64,000 nt of DNA from Alphaproteobacteria bacterium (GCA_963422645.2 CAXXVO010000014.1:1-64000), one strand, 5' to 3'. Shown: positions 21,227-30,520, counted from the stretch's first letter. Made by a program: numbers and translations. The notes: generated by a model not told the origin, from the sequence alone.

Positions 21227-22135
21227 ATGGCAAAGACCTACCTCTTCACCGTCGGCCCCTCGACCCCGCCGGCAATGACCATCGACCCCGGCGCGGAGAT
21301 CGAGGTCACCGTGGATGGCGCCTTCGACGATATCGAGGACATTGCCGAGGTGCCGACGCCCTTCACCCCGGCCTCGGAGGGGCATCCGCTGGCGCCGGTG
21401 ACCGGGCCGATCGCCCTGCGCGGTGCGCGGCCGGGCGATTCGGTGGCGATCGACCTGCTCTCGATCGAGCCCTTCGGCGAGGGCGCCAACGCGGTGCTCC
21501 GCAATTTCGGCGTTCTCAAGGAGGAATTCGAGGAGCCCGCCATTGTCGCCTGCCCGATCCGCGACGGCTACGCCTGGTTCGGCGACCGGGTGGCGATCCC
21601 GCTTGCGCCTAATCTCGGCACGCTCTCGACCATGCCGCCGGAGGGCTACCGCCCCTCGCACGCCGGTCCATACGGCGGCGACTTCGACCAGCGCGACGTG
21701 GGTGTCGGCGCGCGCGTGCACTTGCCGGTGATGGTCGACGACGCGCTGATCTTCATGGCCGACCCCCACGCTGCGATCAGCGACGGCATCATCAGCGGCA
21801 CCGGTGTCGAGTGCTCGGCGCGGGTGCGGGCGCGGATCGCCCTGAACAAGCAGAGCCCGGTCGAGCGGCCGATCTTCGAGCAGAATGGCACGGTGCAGAT
21901 CGTGGGCTACGGCCCCTCGGTGGAAGCTGCGACCGAGGATGCGTCCGACGCCGCCGTCGGCCTGGTCTCGCGCTGGACCGGACTCTCGCGGCGCGAGGCC
22001 TACATGCTGCTCGGCATCGTGGGCGAGCTCCGCATCGGCACCTCGCCCCGGCCCACCATGGCGGCGCGGCTAATCGTGGACAAGGCGGTGCTCGCGTCCG
22101 CGGGCTGGGACGGCGCCGTGGTGCCGGCGGCCTGA
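21227..22135 (+). CDS. Acetamidase/formamidase family protein
   Basis: TGPI..GARPGD, GGDFD and DPHAAISDG. Confidence 0.85.
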   Translation: MAKTYLFTVGPSTPPAMTIDPGAEIEVTVDGAFDDIEDIAEVPTPFTPASEGHPLAPVTGPIALRGARPGDSVAIDLLSIEPFGEGANAVLRNFGVLKEEFEEPAIVACPIRDGYAWFGDRVAIPLAPNLGTLSTMPPEGYRPSHAGPYGGDFDQRDVGVGARVHLPVMVDDALIFMADPHAAISDGIISGTGVECSARVRARIALNKQSPVERPIFEQNGTVQIVGYGPSVEAATEDASDAAVGLVSRWTGLSRREAYMLLGIVGELRIGTSPRPTMAARLIVDKAVLASAGWDGAVVPAA

Positions 22136-22199
22136 CCACCGAAGTCGCAACGGCGCCAAGCCGCCAGAGGCGGAGTCTTGCGGAAGAGGCAAACCAATT

Positions 22200-22303
22200 T
22201 TTCCGGCCTATTCCGGCCTACTCCGGCTCAAAGTGGCTCAAAGTGGTCCAAAGTGACCCAAGGTGGTCCGAAGCGCGCGGTTCAAGGTGGCTCAAAGTGG
22301 CTC
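22200..22303. repeat. Degenerate 10-bp tandem repeats
   Basis: TTCCGGCCTA x2, CTCCGGCTCA, AAGTGGCTCA, AAGTGGTCCA, AAGTGACCCA, AGGTGGTCCG, ...AGGTGGCTCA AAGTGGCTC. Confidence 0.75.
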
Positions 22304-22445
22304 TGGCGGCGGCCGTTCCGAACTGCGTTTGAGCGCGTCCGTCTTTGACCGACGCGCGACGGGCCGCGACCGCGGCCCGCTCGCTTTCGCGGCGAATGAG
22401 TAATCCCTGCATGGCGTGACAGTGGCGCGCCCACCGCGCTCCGTG

Positions 22446-22496
22446 TGTAGCCGGCCGAAAGTCTTTGCGAATCGCGGCCGGAAGTCTTTGCGAATG
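22446..22496 (+). repeat. Phage end with two tandem putative transposase-binding sites (23-bp period)
   Basis: GGCCGAAAGTCTTTGCGAAT and GGCCGGAAGTCTTTGCGAAT. Confidence 0.85.
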
Positions 22497-22550
22497 GCCT
22501 GGAAAATCGTCTGGTTTTCGGGGCTGAATCGGGCTGGAAAAACCGGCCTG

Positions 22551-22620
22551 TGCATGGGCCGTGAAGGAGCGCTGCGCGGGGGGTTCAGGGCCCGTGCACG
22601 GGCGGTGCGTGAGGGTTTCA
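22551..22620. repeat. 11-bp phased repeats
   Basis: TGCATGGGCCG/TGAAGGAGCGC/TGCGCGGGGGG/TTCAGGGCCCG/TGCACGGGCGG/TGCGTGAGGGT/TTCA. Confidence 0.65.
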
Positions 22621-23502
22621 GGCGCGGTCGGGACCGGGGCGGGCGCCGGGGCGGCACGGGCGTTCGAGTTCGGCCTTCCACCATTCGGGGTCTTCGACGG
22701 CGCGTTCTGCGGCGTCGTATCCGTCGTGACCGGTCCATCTTCCGGGGTCGGCGTCGGCGTACCATCGGCCTGCGCCGCGGTGTCGTTCGAGGGCGTCGTC
22801 GATGCGGGCGATCCCGTCCGCCGGGCGTCCCCGGCAGAAGCGCTCGAAGAAGGCGTTGAGGCGGCATCGGGGGCAGCGTCCGCAGGGCTCTGCCGCGACG
22901 GTGCATCGCCAGGTGAGCGCCTCCAGCCCGGGCGGGAGCAGGGCCTGGAGCATGAAGCGCCCGGCGACGGGTCCGAAGGGGTCGTCCCGCGACGGCGGCC
23001 ACTGCGCGCCGTCCTCCCAGCCGGGGAAGAAGGGGAGTTCCATGGGGACGGCGGTGCGCGCGCGGTAGGCCGGATGCCAGTACATGCGGTGCATGTCGTC
23101 GGCGGTGTCCCACGAGGTGATGCCGAGCATCACCCGGTCGGCGCGGTGGCGCTCGGCCTCGTCGGCGTGGGTTGCGTACCGGTCGAGGCCCCAGGGGCCG
23201 AATGTGGGGTCGCAGACGCCCTCCCACCCTCTCCCGTCCCTGATCGGGTATCCGGCGCCGGCATCGAGGTCGAGGCGCAGGGCGTCGCGCGACACGTGGC
23301 GCACGGGCCGGACGTTCCGGGAGAGCCAGTCTGCGACGGCCTCGCTTGCGGCCTGCTCGCGGGCGATGCGCGCGGGCAGTTCGCGGGCCGGCTCGCGGTA
23401 GTAGGAGAGGACGACCTCGTCTTCGGTCTCGCGCAGGACGAGGAGGGCGAGGGCGGTGCTGTCGATGCCGCCGCCTGCGGGGACGAGGGTGCGTCTTGGC
23501 AT
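22618..23502 (-). CDS. QueC-like PP-loop ATPase
   Basis: N-terminal GGGIDST PP-loop and C-terminal TWRC-x5-PCGRCPRC zinc motif. Confidence 0.72.
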   Translation of the reverse strand: MPRRTLVPAGGGIDSTALALLVLRETEDEVVLSYYREPARELPARIAREQAASEAVADWLSRNVRPVRHVSRDALRLDLDAGAGYPIRDGRGWEGVCDPTFGPWGLDRYATHADEAERHRADRVMLGITSWDTADDMHRMYWHPAYRARTAVPMELPFFPGWEDGAQWPPSRDDPFGPVAGRFMLQALLPPGLEALTWRCTVAAEPCGRCPRCRLNAFFERFCRGRPADGIARIDDALERHRGAGRWYADADPGRWTGHDGYDAAERAVEDPEWWKAELERPCRPGARPGPDRA

Positions 23503-23503
23503 C

Positions 23504-24316
23504 CTAGCCCCACTCGATGACGATATAGCCGGCGGAGACCGGGGAGGGCACGGTGAGCTGGGTGTGTCGGCTGACGCCGCTTGCGCCGGCGGGGGCGGAG
23601 GAGGTTCCGTCTGCGCCGTCTGCGCCGTTGCGTCCGTAGACCGCTCTCTTGCCGCCCTTGCCGCCGCGCGCCGTGCCGCCGAGGACGGCGGTGTTGCTGC
23701 CGTCGCCGCCGTCGGTGCCGGGGCGCGCCGTGCTGGTAAGGAGGGTGGGCGGTCCGTCCGTGCCGTCCACGCCGTTGCTTCCCACGGACCACCAGTAGGA
23801 GCTGCCCGGCGAGACCGCGATCTCGAAGTAGATGAAGCCGCCGCCGCCGCCGTCGCCGCCACGCCAGGTGGTGCGCCTGTCGGGGCCCCTGCCGCCGGAG
23901 GTGATGCGGGTATAGCTGCCGCCGTCGCCGGCGGCGCCGCCCCGCAACTGCACGCGCACGCGGGTCACGCCCGTGGGCGCGACCCAGTACCCGGAGTCGG
24001 GCGTGGTGAAGGTCTTGCGCCCGCGCGGCGTGGGCCGGGGCGCCGGCTCGGGCGCGGGACGCGGCGGCGCCGTGCGCTCGCTGAGGTTGGCCAGCCGCGT
24101 GCGCTCGGCCGCGCTGAACACCTCGCCCCGCATCTGGCGGAAGGGGTGCAGGCCGGAGCCGTCGAGGGTGGCGACGCCGCCCGGATCGCCGAAGGCGTCG
24201 ATCATGGCGTTGATTGTGTCGGCCATGGCCTTTATGGCGACGCGGGCGTGGGCGGGCGAATCGCTGCCCTGGTCGAGGTGGGTGGTGTCGATCTTCCGGG
24301 TGGGCCATGCGGTCAT
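23504..24316 (-). CDS. Gly-rich phage tail fibre-like protein
   Basis: Downstream of J; GGVATLDGSG, FTT..SGYWVAPTGVT.V.V.L.GG glycine-rich domain, and GxxGxxG runs. Confidence 0.75.
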   Translation of the reverse strand: MTAWPTRKIDTTHLDQGSDSPAHARVAIKAMADTINAMIDAFGDPGGVATLDGSGLHPFRQMRGEVFSAAERTRLANLSERTAPPRPAPEPAPRPTPRGRKTFTTPDSGYWVAPTGVTRVRVQLRGGAAGDGGSYTRITSGGRGPDRRTTWRGGDGGGGGFIYFEIAVSPGSSYWWSVGSNGVDGTDGPPTLLTSTARPGTDGGDGSNTAVLGGTARGGKGGKRAVYGRNGADGADGTSSAPAGASGVSRHTQLTVPSPVSAGYIVIEWG

Positions 24317-24337
24317 TGGGTTTCCTTTCGCGCCCAC

Positions 24338-27300
24338 TCAGCTCGCCGGCGCGGCGATATGGGCGCGGGCGAGGCCGAAGCAGAGGTACTTGACGGTGGG
24401 GAGTTGCCCGCGCTCCCAGGTCCAGGTCCACTCGACCTGGACGATGCGTCCTGCAATCCTGTCCCCGGCGGCGTAGCCGGTCCAGGCGGCGGAGGCGAGG
24501 TCGTCTCGGAAGTCGGCGGCGCGCACGCGCACCGTCGGCTGGACGGCGGCGTCGGAGTCCCAGGCGAGCACCGAGACGACGCCGTCCTGGCCGAGGTCTG
24601 CCGGCATGGAGGTGTAGACGGTGGGCTCGGCCGCCCAGGCCGCGCCGGGGAGCGCCCATCCGGTCCAGGCGTCCCAGGTGGTGAGGCCGCGCCAGGCGTA
24701 GTCGGCGGCGCCGGTGGCGGGATCGGCCCAGGAGAAGTCGAGGGCCGCGCCGGCGAGCGTGCCGCGGGTCCATCCCTCGGCGCTGGGGCAGGCCCAGAAC
24801 AGGCTCTCGCCCCGGCGCTGGGCGCCGAGGCGCGCGGTGACGCGGCTCTCGGGGCCGTAGCGCCCGCCGGTGTCGAGGGCGCGGAAGGAGAATACCCAGT
24901 CTCCGGGGGCGGGCTCGACGGCCTCCCACGGGCTGGCGGTGAGCCATCCGTGGTGGATCGCGCGCAGCTCTTCCCACGGCGTGCCCGGATCTGCGGGATA
25001 CGCCGGCGCGGGTCCGTATCTGATGCGGACGCCGAGCAGGTCGGGGTCGGGCGGCTCGGCCCAGCGGAAGCGCCGGGTTCCGTCGCCGAGGCGCTCGACG
25101 TGGGCCTCGCCGACGGCGCCGGGGGGCGTGCGCAGGCCGCGGATCGTATATGCGATGCGGTGCGGGGGTCCGCCGCCGCGGGGCAGGACGACGATCTCGA
25201 TCCAGCCCTCGGGCGGGCTGGTCCAGCGCGCCTCCGTGTCGCCGCCGTCGAGGCTGGCGACGGTGCGCATGGGCCGGCGCTCCCACGACGCGCGGACCTC
25301 GGCGCCGCGCCAGTCGCCGGCGACGGTGAGGGAGAGCGCGATCTCGACGAGGAAGGCGGCGCCGACGCGGATCAGGGTCTCGGTGACGGTGGCGTGCAGG
25401 ACCCGCGGCAGATTGCGCCGTATCTGCGGCAGATCGACCGAGAGGTCGGCGGTGGCGGCAGCGTAGTAGGCGCCGAGCTCGTCGACGGCCTCGAGGCGCA
25501 CCCGGTCCCCGGATCTGGGGCTGACGCCCACGACCTTCACCCTCGCCGGCCCGGCGCCTGCGGGATAGAGGCGCCAGAGCGTGTCGACGGGCTCGCCGAC
25601 GCCTCTCTCCGGCGCGGGCGCTGTCCACACGCGGGCGGTTTCGGCGCCGTCCGCACGCGCGTCGGAGCCGGGCGGGCCGGCATGGGCGCGCACGGTCTCG
25701 AGCGCCCCTTCGGGCCGGCGCAGCATCAGCCAGTCGGTCCCCGCCGCGCCGGCGATCCGCACGGCGCGGTCGAGGGTGCATCCGTCGTCGTGCAGGGCGA
25801 CGAGCCGGCCCGTGCGGCCCCCGTCGAGCAGGCCGTGGCTGAGGTGGACCACGTCGCCGCGCCTGATGGAGAGGCCTTCCGGCCCCGTCTCCCAGGCGAT
25901 CCGCCGCCGGTGGTAGCGCTGGCGCGCGGCCTGGAGGTTGCACTCCAGGGCGGCCTGTTCGCGCGTCGTGACCCCGGCGAGCGTGAGCGTGGCGGTGGAC
26001 GCGGGCGGGTATTCCGCGTCCGGCACGGTGCGGCGCACGGTGTTCCACTGCCAGTCGAGATCGGGGTCGATATAGCGACAGGCGATCTCGTCCGCGCCGC
26101 GGCCTGCGGCCCAGTCCACCTCGAGGGAGCCTGCGACGATGTTCCCGGGGGTTATCATCGCCGTCGCCGGCCTGTCGGCGGCGTCCCACACGACGCCGAG
26201 CCGGCCCGACTGCCAGGAGGGCGCGGCGCGGCCGCAGCGGGCGATCGTCTCGATCACGCGGGCGTGGCCGATTGCGCGGTCCAGCACCAGGTCGCAGCGC
26301 AGCGGCGGGTCGTGGGCCGCGATCCAGTCGTGCCAGGCGCCGAGGCCGGCGAGGTCGATGCGGGCGTCGGGCAGGCCGACCCCGGCCACGACGCGGCCGT
26401 GCACGCGGATGCCGCGCAGGTAGAGCAGCATGAGGGCGGCGGGGTTGGAGGAGTACGCCGCGGGCGCGGCGGACCAGGCGCGCCCGTTCCAGCGGGGCGC
26501 CTTCTGGCGCACCAGCGCGCTCAGCCGGTCGACGGGGCCGGAGAGCTGGCCGGAGGCGCGGATGCTCAGGCCCAGCCGCCGCTGGCCGGTGTAGTCGGTC
26601 GCGTCCCTCTGGTAGCTCCTGAGGGCCGCCCAGGTCAGATCGTCGCCCGAGCGGTCGTCGTCCGCCGGCGGGGAGGTGCGGCGCACGCGGACCTCCCAGC
26701 TGCCGTCGCCCGCGAGATCCCAGGCCGCGCCCCAGCGGAATGGCGCGGTCTCGTCGTGGCCCAGCGTCTCCGCGCCGAGCCGCGTCCAGGCGCCGCCGCC
26801 GGCGCGGCGGGCCTCGACGACGATATCGACCTCGCGCCGCTCGGGCCTGCCCTGCCCGTCGAAACCGTAGAGCGCGCCGGCGATGTCCACGCCGACCCGG
26901 TAGGTGTCGTCGGCGGTGGTGCGCGTCACCCACCCGTCGTCCGCCCCGAGGTCGTCGGCGGCCACCGGCGCGCCGCCGTCCTCGGGCCAGGCGAGCGCGC
27001 CGCCGGCCTCGGTGTCGACGTTGCCGGCGATGCCGTGGACCTCGCCGCCCGGGCGCCAGTCGATCAGGCCGCGGGCGTCGGCCGGCGGCGCGAGCGTCAG
27101 GTGCTCGTAGTCCGTGATCGGGGTGTCGCCGATGCGGAGATCGGCCTCGGCGACCTCGATCGCGCCGAGGCCGAAGTGGAAGATCTGGCGCAGGATGTGG
27201 TCCGGCAGGGCGTCGGCGCCGGAGACGTACTCGGTGTAGGGCCGGGAGCCGAGGTCGGGGAAGATGCGGTGCTCGCCGAGGACCAGCAGGAAGGGCTGGT

Positions 27301-27916
27301 AGGGGCGCTGCGGGTTCCGCCCGCCCGAGATCGAGTAGACCGGGTCGGGCCGGGCGAGGGAGGCCCGGGTGACCTCGGGGATCGCGGGCGGCACGAGCGC
27401 GTTCACCAGCAGGGTGCCGCCCACCATGATCAGGGAGCTTCCGAGCGCGGTGGACTGGGCCGCCGTCAGGCCGAGGCCGAGGGCGTCCGAGATGAAGCCG
27501 CCGACCGCTGGCCCGGCCCAGACCGCGGCGACGACGACGGCGAGGGTGAGGATCGCGCGCAGCGGGTCGCTGTCGTCGCCCGCCGGCACCAGGCGGAGCG
27601 TGACGATATCGCCGAGGCGGAGCGGGGTCGCGGGCCACGCCGCGCGCGGGACGGGGGTCCCGTTCAGCTCGACGGCGACCAGGGCGGGGTCGAGCCCGAG
27701 CCTCCGCGCCTCGTCGGCGGCGAGGCCGGCGATGGTCTCGCCGGGGAGGATCGAGACCCGCCGGGTCTCGCGCCCCTCCGAGGTCAGCGGGTGCGGCCAG
27801 GCGTCGAGGGTCACGCCCGCGTGCGCGCGGTCGCGCGATGCAGGGGCCGTGACCGGGCCGTTCACGGGCGGTGCAAGGGTCGTGCGCGGCCCCTGCACGG
27901 GCGGTGAATCGCTCAT
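24338..27916 (-). CDS. Phage tail tip / host-specificity protein J with an N-terminal lambda-I-like domain
   Basis: VELNG..VPRAAW, PVYSISGGRN, VLGEHRIFPD, SSNPA, YIDPDLDWQ and RRGDVV.LSH; real start at MSDSPP. Confidence 0.88.
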   Translation of the reverse strand: MSDSPPVQGPRTTLAPPVNGPVTAPASRDRAHAGVTLDAWPHPLTSEGRETRRVSILPGETIAGLAADEARRLGLDPALVAVELNGTPVPRAAWPATPLRLGDIVTLRLVPAGDDSDPLRAILTLAVVVAAVWAGPAVGGFISDALGLGLTAAQSTALGSSLIMVGGTLLVNALVPPAIPEVTRASLARPDPVYSISGGRNPQRPYQPFLLVLGEHRIFPDLGSRPYTEYVSGADALPDHILRQIFHFGLGAIEVAEADLRIGDTPITDYEHLTLAPPADARGLIDWRPGGEVHGIAGNVDTEAGGALAWPEDGGAPVAADDLGADDGWVTRTTADDTYRVGVDIAGALYGFDGQGRPERREVDIVVEARRAGGGAWTRLGAETLGHDETAPFRWGAAWDLAGDGSWEVRVRRTSPPADDDRSGDDLTWAALRSYQRDATDYTGQRRLGLSIRASGQLSGPVDRLSALVRQKAPRWNGRAWSAAPAAYSSNPAALMLLYLRGIRVHGRVVAGVGLPDARIDLAGLGAWHDWIAAHDPPLRCDLVLDRAIGHARVIETIARCGRAAPSWQSGRLGVVWDAADRPATAMITPGNIVAGSLEVDWAAGRGADEIACRYIDPDLDWQWNTVRRTVPDAEYPPASTATLTLAGVTTREQAALECNLQAARQRYHRRRIAWETGPEGLSIRRGDVVHLSHGLLDGGRTGRLVALHDDGCTLDRAVRIAGAAGTDWLMLRRPEGALETVRAHAGPPGSDARADGAETARVWTAPAPERGVGEPVDTLWRLYPAGAGPARVKVVGVSPRSGDRVRLEAVDELGAYYAAATADLSVDLPQIRRNLPRVLHATVTETLIRVGAAFLVEIALSLTVAGDWRGAEVRASWERRPMRTVASLDGGDTEARWTSPPEGWIEIVVLPRGGGPPHRIAYTIRGLRTPPGAVGEAHVERLGDGTRRFRWAEPPDPDLLGVRIRYGPAPAYPADPGTPWEELRAIHHGWLTASPWEAVEPAPGDWVFSFRALDTGGRYGPESRVTARLGAQRRGESLFWACPSAEGWTRGTLAGAALDFSWADPATGAADYAWRGLTTWDAWTGWALPGAAWAAEPTVYTSMPADLGQDGVVSVLAWDSDAAVQPTVRVRAADFRDDLASAAWTGYAAGDRIAGRIVQVEWTWTWERGQLPTVKYLCFGLARAHIAAPAS
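27839..27908. repeat. 11-bp phased repeats in the 5' end of J
   Basis: TGCAGGGGCCG/TGACCGGGCCG/TTCACGGGCGG/TGCAAGGGTCG/TGCGCGGCCCC/TGCACGGGCGG/TGAA. Confidence 0.7.
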
Positions 27917-27975
27917 ATCCAGATCGTCCACCGATAGATCCCCGTGGCTTCCAGGCCGCGCGCCTCGGCCCGGCG
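27913..27975 (-). pseudogene. C-terminal stub of an NlpC/P60-type tail assembly protein
   Basis: Reads AEARGLEATGIYRWTIWI*, and its stop overlaps the J start (ATGA). Confidence 0.5.
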
Positions 27976-28330
27976 TCGTCGACGCGCGCTCAGGGCTCGC
28001 CTGCCCCGAGCCTGGTTCTGGGACGGGGCCGGCCGCAACCCCTATCTCGGCATGTTGGCGTTGGCCCGCCATATCGTGGTCACGGAGGACTCGGTTTCCA
28101 TGATCAGCGAGGCCATCTCCACCGGAACGCCGGTCTACGTTGCCAAAATGGCGGGCGGCAGCCGCCGGCTCGCGCGCTTTCACACGTCTCTCGTGGAAGA
28201 CGGCATCGTCCGGCCCTTCGACGGCCGGCTCGCCGAGTGGCACTACGAGCCGATTAACGAGACGCCGCGCATCGCAGCCGAAGTGCGCCGGCGGATGGAG
28301 GCTGCACAGGCCGCCCCGCCGTTCCCCTAG
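27970..28330 (+). pseudogene. ELM1 (mitochondrial fission ELM1-like) family gene, C-terminal fragment
   Basis: WDGAGRNPYLGMLA, VVTEDSVSMISEA..TGTPVY and YEPINET. Confidence 0.8.
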
Positions 28331-28429
28331 ACCCATCGCCGGGCTATGCCTCTCTCGCAGGGTTTGGGAAGGTCTGCTAGGGTTTGACCTGAGTTCATGA
28401 ACTCCGTCAGCGGGAGAGGAGGCACGCCG

Positions 28430-29740
28430 ATGAAGCATGAGAGCCGCAGAGCCAAGGGTGCCGGGCGCACCCGTCGTGAAATCCTGAAAGCCAGTGCTGC
28501 CGGCGTCGCAGGGACGGCCGCGCTCAGCGCGGGCTTCCCCTCGATCGTCCGCGCTGCGGACACGGTGCGGATCGGCTACGTCAGCCCCAAGACGGGGCCG
28601 CTCGCGCCCTTCGCCGTTTCCGACGAGTTCAACGTCTCCACGGTGCTGGAGGCCGTCGGCGGCAAGGTTCAGTCCGGCGGCAAGAGCCTCAATGTCGAGA
28701 TCATCGTCAAGGACAGCCAGTCGAACCCGAACCGCGCGGCCGAGGTGGCGAGCGAGCTGATCCTCTCCGACGAGGTGCACCTTCTCTGCGCCGGCAACAC
28801 GCCGGAGACCACCAACCCGGTCTCCGACCAGGCCGAGATCAACGAGGTCCCCTGCGTTACCACGCTCTGCCCATGGCAGCCCTACTTCTTCGGCCGCGGC
28901 GGCGATCCGGCGACCGGCTTCCAGTGGACCTATCACTACTTCTGGGGGCTGGAGGACGTGATCGCGGTCTTCCTCAACCTCTGGGCCAAGATCGAGACCA
29001 ACAAGGTGGTGGGCGGGCTCTTCCCCAACGACGGCGACGGCAACGCCTGGGGCCATCCCGAGCTCGGGTTCCCGAAACCGCTCGCCGGCGCCGGCTATAC
29101 CCTGATCGATCCGGGCCGTTATCAGAACCTCTCCGACGATTTCTCGGCCCATATTTCCGAGTTCAAGGAAAATGGCGTCGAGATCGTCACCGGCGTCGTG
29201 CTGCCGCCGGACTTCACCACATTCTGGACCCAGTCCGCGCAGCAGGGCTTCAGGCCCAAGGCTGCGACCGTGGGCAAGGCGCTGCTCTTCCCAGAGGCGA
29301 TCGAGGCACTGGGCGATGCCGGGCACAACATGAGCTCCGAGATCTGGTGGAGCCCCTCGCACCCCTTCAAGTCGAGCATCACCGGCCAGACCTGCGGCGA
29401 GCTTGCCGCCGCCTTCACCGCCGCCACCGGCAAGCAGTGGAGCCAGCCCGTGGGCTACGGCCACTCGATCTTCGAGGTCGCCCTCGACGTCGTGAGCCGG
29501 GCCGAGGACGTCAACGATCCCGAGGCGATGCTGGCGTCTATCGTTTCCACCAACGTCTCGACGATTGCGGGGCCGGTCTCGTGGGGCTCGGGCCCGGTGA
29601 AGAACGTCGCCAAGATGCCGCTGGTCGGCGGCCAGTGGCGGCGCACGCCGGATGGCCCCTTCGCCTACGACCTCACCATCACGTCGAACGAGACGGCGCC
29701 CGACATTCCCACCAACGCCGAAATGGAGCTGATCGGCTAG
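28430..29740 (+). CDS. Branched-chain amino acid-type ABC solute-binding protein (Tat signal)
   Basis: TRREILK twin-arginine motif; IGYVSPKTGPLA and KDSQSNP. Confidence 0.9.
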   Translation: MKHESRRAKGAGRTRREILKASAAGVAGTAALSAGFPSIVRAADTVRIGYVSPKTGPLAPFAVSDEFNVSTVLEAVGGKVQSGGKSLNVEIIVKDSQSNPNRAAEVASELILSDEVHLLCAGNTPETTNPVSDQAEINEVPCVTTLCPWQPYFFGRGGDPATGFQWTYHYFWGLEDVIAVFLNLWAKIETNKVVGGLFPNDGDGNAWGHPELGFPKPLAGAGYTLIDPGRYQNLSDDFSAHISEFKENGVEIVTGVVLPPDFTTFWTQSAQQGFRPKAATVGKALLFPEAIEALGDAGHNMSSEIWWSPSHPFKSSITGQTCGELAAAFTAATGKQWSQPVGYGHSIFEVALDVVSRAEDVNDPEAMLASIVSTNVSTIAGPVSWGSGPVKNVAKMPLVGGQWRRTPDGPFAYDLTITSNETAPDIPTNAEMELIG

Positions 29741-29794
29741 GGAACAGGACCTGCGGACGGCGCCCCCGGCGCTGCTCCGCAGGCGCGTGCCGGC

Positions 29795-30520
29795 ATGGCG
29801 GCGCTGATCGCGCTGGAGGGCGTCTCCAAGAGCTTCGGCTCGGTCAGGGCGACCGACCAGTTCAGCATGGAGCTCGAAGAGGGCGAGGCGGTCGGCGTCA
29901 TCGGCCCCAACGGCGCCGGCAAGAGCACGATGTTCAACATCATCACCGGCGCCGTGCGGCCGAACGAGGGGCGTGTCCTCTACGGCGGCCGTGACATCAC
30001 GCGGGCGCCGGCGCACGAGCGCTGCCGCATGGGGATCGGGCGCTCCTACCAGATCCCCCATCCCTTCGCGAACATGTCCGTGTTCGAGAACCTGCTGGTC
30101 GGCGCGGCTTTCGGCGGTAGCCGCTCCGAGGCCGCGTGCTATGACGAGTGCCACGAGATCCTGGGGCGCACCGGCCTCCTGGAGAAGGCGAACGCGCTGG
30201 CCGGCGCGCTCACCCTGCTGGAGCGCAAGCGGCTGGAGATGGCGCGCGCGCTCGCCACCCGACCGCGGGTCCTGCTGCTGGACGAGATCGCGGGCGGGTT
30301 GACCGAGCACGAGTGCCTAGCGCTGATCGACACCATCAAGGCGATCCACCGCACCGGCGTTTCGATCGTCTGGATCGAGCACGTGGTCCACGCGCTGCTC
30401 TCGGTGGTGAGCCGCCTGATCGTCATCAACTTCGGCCAGAAGCTCGCCGAGGGCGACCCGCAACAGGTGATGGCGAGCACCGAGGTGCAGGAGGTCTACA
30501 TGGGGATCAGCGCCGAATGA
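29795..30520 (+). CDS. ABC ATP-binding protein (LivG type)
   Basis: GPNGAGKS and LLLDE. Confidence 0.93.
   Translation: MAALIALEGVSKSFGSVRATDQFSMELEEGEAVGVIGPNGAGKSTMFNIITGAVRPNEGRVLYGGRDITRAPAHERCRMGIGRSYQIPHPFANMSVFENLLVGAAFGGSRSEAACYDECHEILGRTGLLEKANALAGALTLLERKRLEMARALATRPRVLLLDEIAGGLTEHECLALIDTIKAIHRTGVSIVWIEHVVHALLSVVSRLIVINFGQKLAEGDPQQVMASTEVQEVYMGISAE

Larger units (their letters stand above)
22446..27975 (-). mobile_element. Truncated transposable (Mu-like) siphovirus prophage remnant, one end kept
   Basis: TGTAG terminus with two AAGTCTTTGCGAAT sites, near-identical to the end at 40283; tail genes inside; right boundary approximate. Confidence 0.85.

Noticed and set aside
22200-22620. 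Possible CRISPR array
   Set aside because: Units are 10-23 bp, contiguous, with no unique spacers and no cas genes
23130-27907. 1502-aa and 1483-aa ORFs
   Set aside because: Low-complexity shadow frames of high-GC phage genes with no recognisable motifs
23504-27916. Diversity-generating retroelement or invertible tail-fibre system
   Set aside because: No reverse transcriptase, template/variable repeat pair, invertase or inverted crossover sites seen
27942-27946. CCGTG matching 22441-22445 as a target duplication
   Set aside because: Not preceded by CTACA or end sites, and it lies within the phage NlpC-like stub; probably chance
24338-30310. 1990-aa ORF as one giant protein
   Set aside because: The part upstream of 27916 is antisense to the ELM1 fragment and ABC genes; only 24338-27916 looks like J
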